NCBI GenBank assembly: GCA_009780985.1
Contig: WQYZ01000002.1
Location: 1 to 62,691, forward strand
DNA from: Oscillospiraceae bacterium
GTDB taxonomy: Bacteria > Bacillota > Clostridia > Oscillospirales > WRJC01
Direction of reading: 5' to 3'
DNA: 62,691 bases
Part shown: piece by piece, positions 59,947-62,691 of the stretch
How positions within the stretch are numbered: position 1 is the stretch's first letter
Layout of the letters: every line of letters begins with the position of its first letter
Made by a program: the position numbers and the translations under genes
The notes under the pieces: model-generated
What the model saw: only the letters and a program-made list of their open reading frames with translations
Told to the model about the DNA's origin: nothing
The model's database searches: none

Positions 59947-60201
59947 ATGGCACATAAAAAGGGCGTGGGCTCAACCAAAAACGGACGCGACTCCGAATCG
60001 AAACGTCTCGGCGTGAAAAAATCAGACGGGCAGATAGTCTTAGCCGGAAATATATTAGTCAGACAGAGAGGCACAAGAATACATCCGGGATTAAATGTAA
60101 AAAAAGGTTCGGATGACACTCTGTTCGCATTAGCCGGCGGTAAAGTAAAATTCGAATATTTTAAAAAAGATAAAAAATGCGTAAGCGTATATACGGAATA
60201 A
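59947..60201 (+). CDS. rpmA: 50S ribosomal protein L27 (no N-terminal pro-peptide)
   Basis: [24 protein letters not shown]... AGGAGG RBS. Confidence 0.95.
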   Translation: MAHKKGVGSTKNGRDSESKRLGVKKSDGQIVLAGNILVRQRGTRIHPGLNVKKGSDDTLFALAGGKVKFEYFKKDKKCVSVYTE

Positions 60202-60233
60202 CGCAAAGTTTTAAATAATATGCCTAAAATAAA

Positions 60234-60267
60234 GAAAGAGTCCCTCAAAACCGGCGGCTCTTTTTTG
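60234..60267 (+). terminator. Possible terminator after rpmA
   Basis: AAAGAGTCC...GGCGGCTCTTTTTTG, an imperfect stem with a T-run. Confidence 0.4.
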
Positions 60268-60391
60268 CTTTAATAATACCTTTTTTCCCTCTTTTTCATA
60301 CAATAATAATGTTGGCAAATATGACTTAAATTGATAAGTTTTTGCTAAACCAACAATAAAATAAGTATGAATATAAGAAGAGGGAATATAT

Positions 60392-61255
60392 ATGGCTTCA
60401 AATCTTACTCCTACTGAAATTAACGATTTAATGCGCAGAGCGAGCGGTTTCGACCGCGACTGCGATTGTAAAAATAAAAACAATAAATGTGATAAAAACC
60501 ACAACAGAGATAACGACTGCAAATGCCATGACAAAGATGATGATTGCAAATGCCGTGATCACGGCAAAGACGATTGCGACAGACGCAGATGCGTTACTGT
60601 CTGCGACGGCGAAAAAGGAGAGCGCGGAGAGCGTGGCGAAAAAGGTGAGCGCGGCGAAAGAGGAGAGAATGGACGACATGGTGAGCGCGGTGAACGTGGC
60701 GAGAAAGGCGAACGCGGTCCTCAGGGACCTAGAGGAGAGCGCGGCGAAAGAGGCGAAAATGGTAGAAACGGTGAACGTGGCGAGCGTGGTGAAAGAGGAG
60801 AGCGCGGAGAACGCGGGGAAAGAGGAGAGCGCGGAGAAAAAGGCGAAAATTTGGAAACTCTGGCTTTATCCGCGCACAATCTGTGCGAACAGGAAATCTG
60901 CGTCGACGAATGCGGCGCTCATATTCCGCTGCCTGAAATAACGTACAGCAACGGGTTTACTCCCGACGAATGTTTCCGCAAATTTAAAGTGCACGAAAGC
61001 GGGCATTATTTCATCACCTACGAAATTTATACTTCAGATCCAAGTCATATATCATCGGCGGTATTTGACAACGACCATGTTATAGAAACAACGATTTGTA
61101 TACCGAGACTCAACGGCGACCAGTTTACTGTTTCAACTATTGTATTCCTGCATAAAGACGATTATGTATCGTTAGTATTGCTCGGGGAAGAAAAAGGAAT
61201 ATCTTTACAGCCCGGCACCGGCGCAAGCCTTGATATATTCAGAATTGCGAAATAA
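60392..61255 (+). CDS. Collagen-like triple-helix repeat protein with a Cys-rich N-terminus and a globular C-terminal domain (BclA-like architecture)
   Basis: 27 uninterrupted G-X-Y triplets, mostly GER/GEK. N-terminal DCDCK..DCKCH..DCKCR..DCD..C..C cluster and a C-terminus of about 135 aa rich in beta-strand-forming residues. Confidence 0.88.
   Translation: MASNLTPTEINDLMRRASGFDRDCDCKNKNNKCDKNHNRDNDCKCHDKDDDCKCRDHGKDDCDRRRCVTVCDGEKGERGERGEKGERGERGENGRHGERGERGEKGERGPQGPRGERGERGENGRNGERGERGERGERGERGERGERGEKGENLETLALSAHNLCEQEICVDECGAHIPLPEITYSNGFTPDECFRKFKVHESGHYFITYEIYTSDPSHISSAVFDNDHVIETTICIPRLNGDQFTVSTIVFLHKDDYVSLVLLGEEKGISLQPGTGASLDIFRIAK
60608..60850 (+). repeat. Coding 9-bp tandem repeat (GGN GAR MGN) encoding the collagen-like region
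   Basis: Direct read of GEKGERGER...GERGEKGEN. It creates spurious ORFs in other frames and on the other strand. Confidence 0.9.
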
Positions 61256-61262
61256 TAAAATC

Positions 61263-61294
61263 AAGGCTGGGGAAACATATGTTTCCCCAGCCTT
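61263..61294. terminator. Bidirectional terminator hairpin
   Basis: AAGGCTGGGGAAAC-atat-GTTTCCCCAGCCTT (14-bp perfect stem) between convergent genes. Confidence 0.78.
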
Positions 61295-61298
61295 TAAT

Positions 61299-62066
61299 TT
61301 ATATACTTATTCTGCTCAGAACATTGCCTATTCTGTCTTCATGTATTGCAATATCGAATTTATAATCAAAATCCGTTTCGGATTTATTAATAATAACGCT
61401 TTTTTTATCTTCTTTATTATTTTTATTATCCGAAAAGAAGTATCTTACATAATATGCCGCCGGATAAACTGAGAGAGACGTTCCTCCCACAATAAGCATA
61501 TCGGCGTTTAGCATATATTCTATAGCGGAATTTACGCAATCCTGATTTAACTGTTCTTCATAAAGCACAACGTCCGGTTTTACTATTCCGCCGCAACCGT
61601 CGCAGCATGGAACTCCAACGGCTTCTGCAATATAAGCCAAATCAAATTTCTTATGACATTTAATACAGAAATTTCTGGTTACGTTTCCGTGAAGCTCTAT
61701 AACATTTTTTGACCCCGCCTGCTGATGTAAATTGTCTATATTTTGCGTAATAACCGCTTTAAGTTTGCCTTTTTCTTCGAGCTTCGCAAGAACTTTATGC
61801 GCATTATTGGGTTTTGCGTCAAGATACAGCATTTTGGATTTGTAAAATTCATAAAATTCTTTGGTGTGAGCGAAAAAATAAGTGCGCGACAGCATGACTT
61901 CCGGCGGTGCATTATACTTTTTACCCTGTTCGTTGTACAGTCCGCCCGCACTTCTGAAATCCGGTATGCCGCTTTCGGTCGAAACTCCGGCTCCGCCGAA
62001 AAACACGATATTGTTTGATTTGTCGATATATTCAGACAATTTTTTTATTTTTTCTTCGAAATTCAT
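61299..62066 (-). CDS. cobB: NAD-dependent protein deacylase (Sir2 family)
   Basis: GAGVSTESGIPDFRS, QNIDNLH, ELHG and a CIKC...CDGC zinc ribbon. The ATG at 62066 lies directly after the upstream XRE stop codon. Confidence 0.9.
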   Translation of the reverse strand: MNFEEKIKKLSEYIDKSNNIVFFGGAGVSTESGIPDFRSAGGLYNEQGKKYNAPPEVMLSRTYFFAHTKEFYEFYKSKMLYLDAKPNNAHKVLAKLEEKGKLKAVITQNIDNLHQQAGSKNVIELHGNVTRNFCIKCHKKFDLAYIAEAVGVPCCDGCGGIVKPDVVLYEEQLNQDCVNSAIEYMLNADMLIVGGTSLSVYPAAYYVRYFFSDNKNNKEDKKSVIINKSETDFDYKFDIAIHEDRIGNVLSRISI

Positions 62067-62067
62067 G

Positions 62068-62298
62068 TTATTTATTAACCTCCGGGGTATTTGTCCTGCC
62101 GACGAGATAATCAATTGATACATTAAAATAATCGGCAATTATCATGGCTTTATCTAATGTAGTTTTGCTTCTTCCGTGTTCCATATCATTTATTGCTTGT
62201 TTGGATAGTCCAACCGCTTTGCCTAATACAGGTTGACTTAGATTATTATCTATTCTTAATTGTTTTACTCGTTCTGAAAAAAAATTTAAATTTTTCAT
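62068..62298 (-). CDS. XRE-family HTH transcriptional regulator (76 aa)
   Basis: LRIDNNLSQPVLGKAVGLSKQAINDMEHG. Confidence 0.88.
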   Translation of the reverse strand: MKNLNFFSERVKQLRIDNNLSQPVLGKAVGLSKQAINDMEHGRSKTTLDKAMIIADYFNVSIDYLVGRTNTPEVNK

Positions 62299-62307
62299 AA
62301 AAACCTC

Positions 62308-62336
62308 TTGACAATACGTAAATAACGTACTATAAT
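62308..62336 (+). promoter_or_regulatory. Consensus promoter with an inverted repeat in the spacer
   Basis: TTGACA-17 nt-TATAAT. The spacer contains TACGT-aaata-ACGTA. It is divergent from the XRE gene. Confidence 0.65.
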
Positions 62337-62382
62337 GTAAATATAGTATGCAAATACCATATTGCGAAAAAATAACAATAAT

Positions 62383-62474
62383 AGATGTGTCCGGAAACTG
62401 TAGGGGCGGATGGTAATCCGCCCGTGATTTTACGGGACGATTACCATCGTCCCCTACAGTTTCCGGACAGATCT
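62383..62474. repeat. Compound REP-like element with terminal inverted repeats (intact copy)
   Basis: AGATGTGTCCGGAAACTGTAGGGG ... CCCCTACAGTTTCCGGACAGATCT (one mismatch). The inner arms GGCGGATggtaATCCGCC and GGGACGATtaccATCGTCCC are each self-complementary. Confidence 0.85.
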
Positions 62475-62492
62475 AATAAAGGAGAAAAAAAC

Positions 62493-62691
62493 ATGGAAAT
62501 CAAAGTGAAAAAAATAATGAACCGCATGGATTTGCGCCAAATCAGAAACTTCGCCTTCGACCAGGGGCTCGACTCCTTCGTATACGAAAACTCCGCTACA
62601 TACGAAGACCATATCTCAGAGGGCGCCGCACTTATACTGAAAAGGCTGAACGAGGCTTACAGGGACGACCCGCACTCGCGCAGTGACGCCA
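62493..62691 (+). CDS. 5' end of an unidentified CDS running off the window
   Basis: AAAGGAG RBS 8 nt before the ATG. Open frame of 66 codons to the window edge (MEIKVKKIMNRMDLRQIRNFAFDQG...). Confidence 0.55.
   Translation, partial: MEIKVKKIMNRMDLRQIRNFAFDQGLDSFVYENSATYEDHISEGAALILKRLNEAYRDDPHSRSDA

Noticed and set aside
60400-60950. Highly repetitive DNA considered as a possible CRISPR array or non-coding tandem repeat, together with alternative-frame ORFs 60428-60679 and 60489-60941.
   Set aside because: The 9-bp periodicity is the G-X-Y coding repeat of one in-frame collagen-like gene. There is no repeat-spacer organisation.
61299-62066. Sir2-domain gene next to an HTH gene, considered as a possible anti-phage defence system (Thoeris, DSR or SIR2-HerA-like).
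   Set aside because: The protein has the full canonical sirtuin deacylase motif set and zinc ribbon at normal size. It has no SLOG, TIR, HerA or Argonaute partner.

Overview
AT-rich chromosomal segment from a spore-forming Firmicute, probably Clostridia: it has CotF-type coat genes, a BclA-like collagen protein, an SLH protein and a type-A-like RNase P RNA. About 60 credible CDS are present. Housekeeping genes (lexA, secG, murD, asnA, tadA, rplU-rpmA, rnpB, lnt-like, thpR) are mixed with glycan-use genes (GH38 alpha-mannosidase, GH2 beta-galactosidase, a clan GH-A lipoprotein, ThuA, Gfo/Idh/MocA, a sugar-phosphate isomerase). There are also four uroporphyrinogen-decarboxylase-family (URO-D) paralogs, one of them frameshifted, plus three M42 peptidases, small regulators, two toxin-antitoxin pairs and a Uma2 nuclease. 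No rRNA, tRNA, CRISPR array, transposase or integrase was seen. The main structure not explained by genes is a family of GC-rich palindromes with a GTAG head (GTAGGGGCG...CGCCCCTAC). They fit the REP/BIME pattern and occur as single hairpins, inverted doublets and larger compound elements with terminal inverted repeats. One doublet forms the P12 position of the RNase P RNA. Other items to follow up are an Asn-codon mini-ORF plus terminator ahead of an operon ending in asnA, a sigma factor coupled to an Asn-rich solenoid-like protein, a CXXC/polyferredoxin/TlpA module, an Lnt homolog with no canonical start codon, and rplU-rpmA without prp. All functional calls rest on motifs read from the translations. 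No database search was run.
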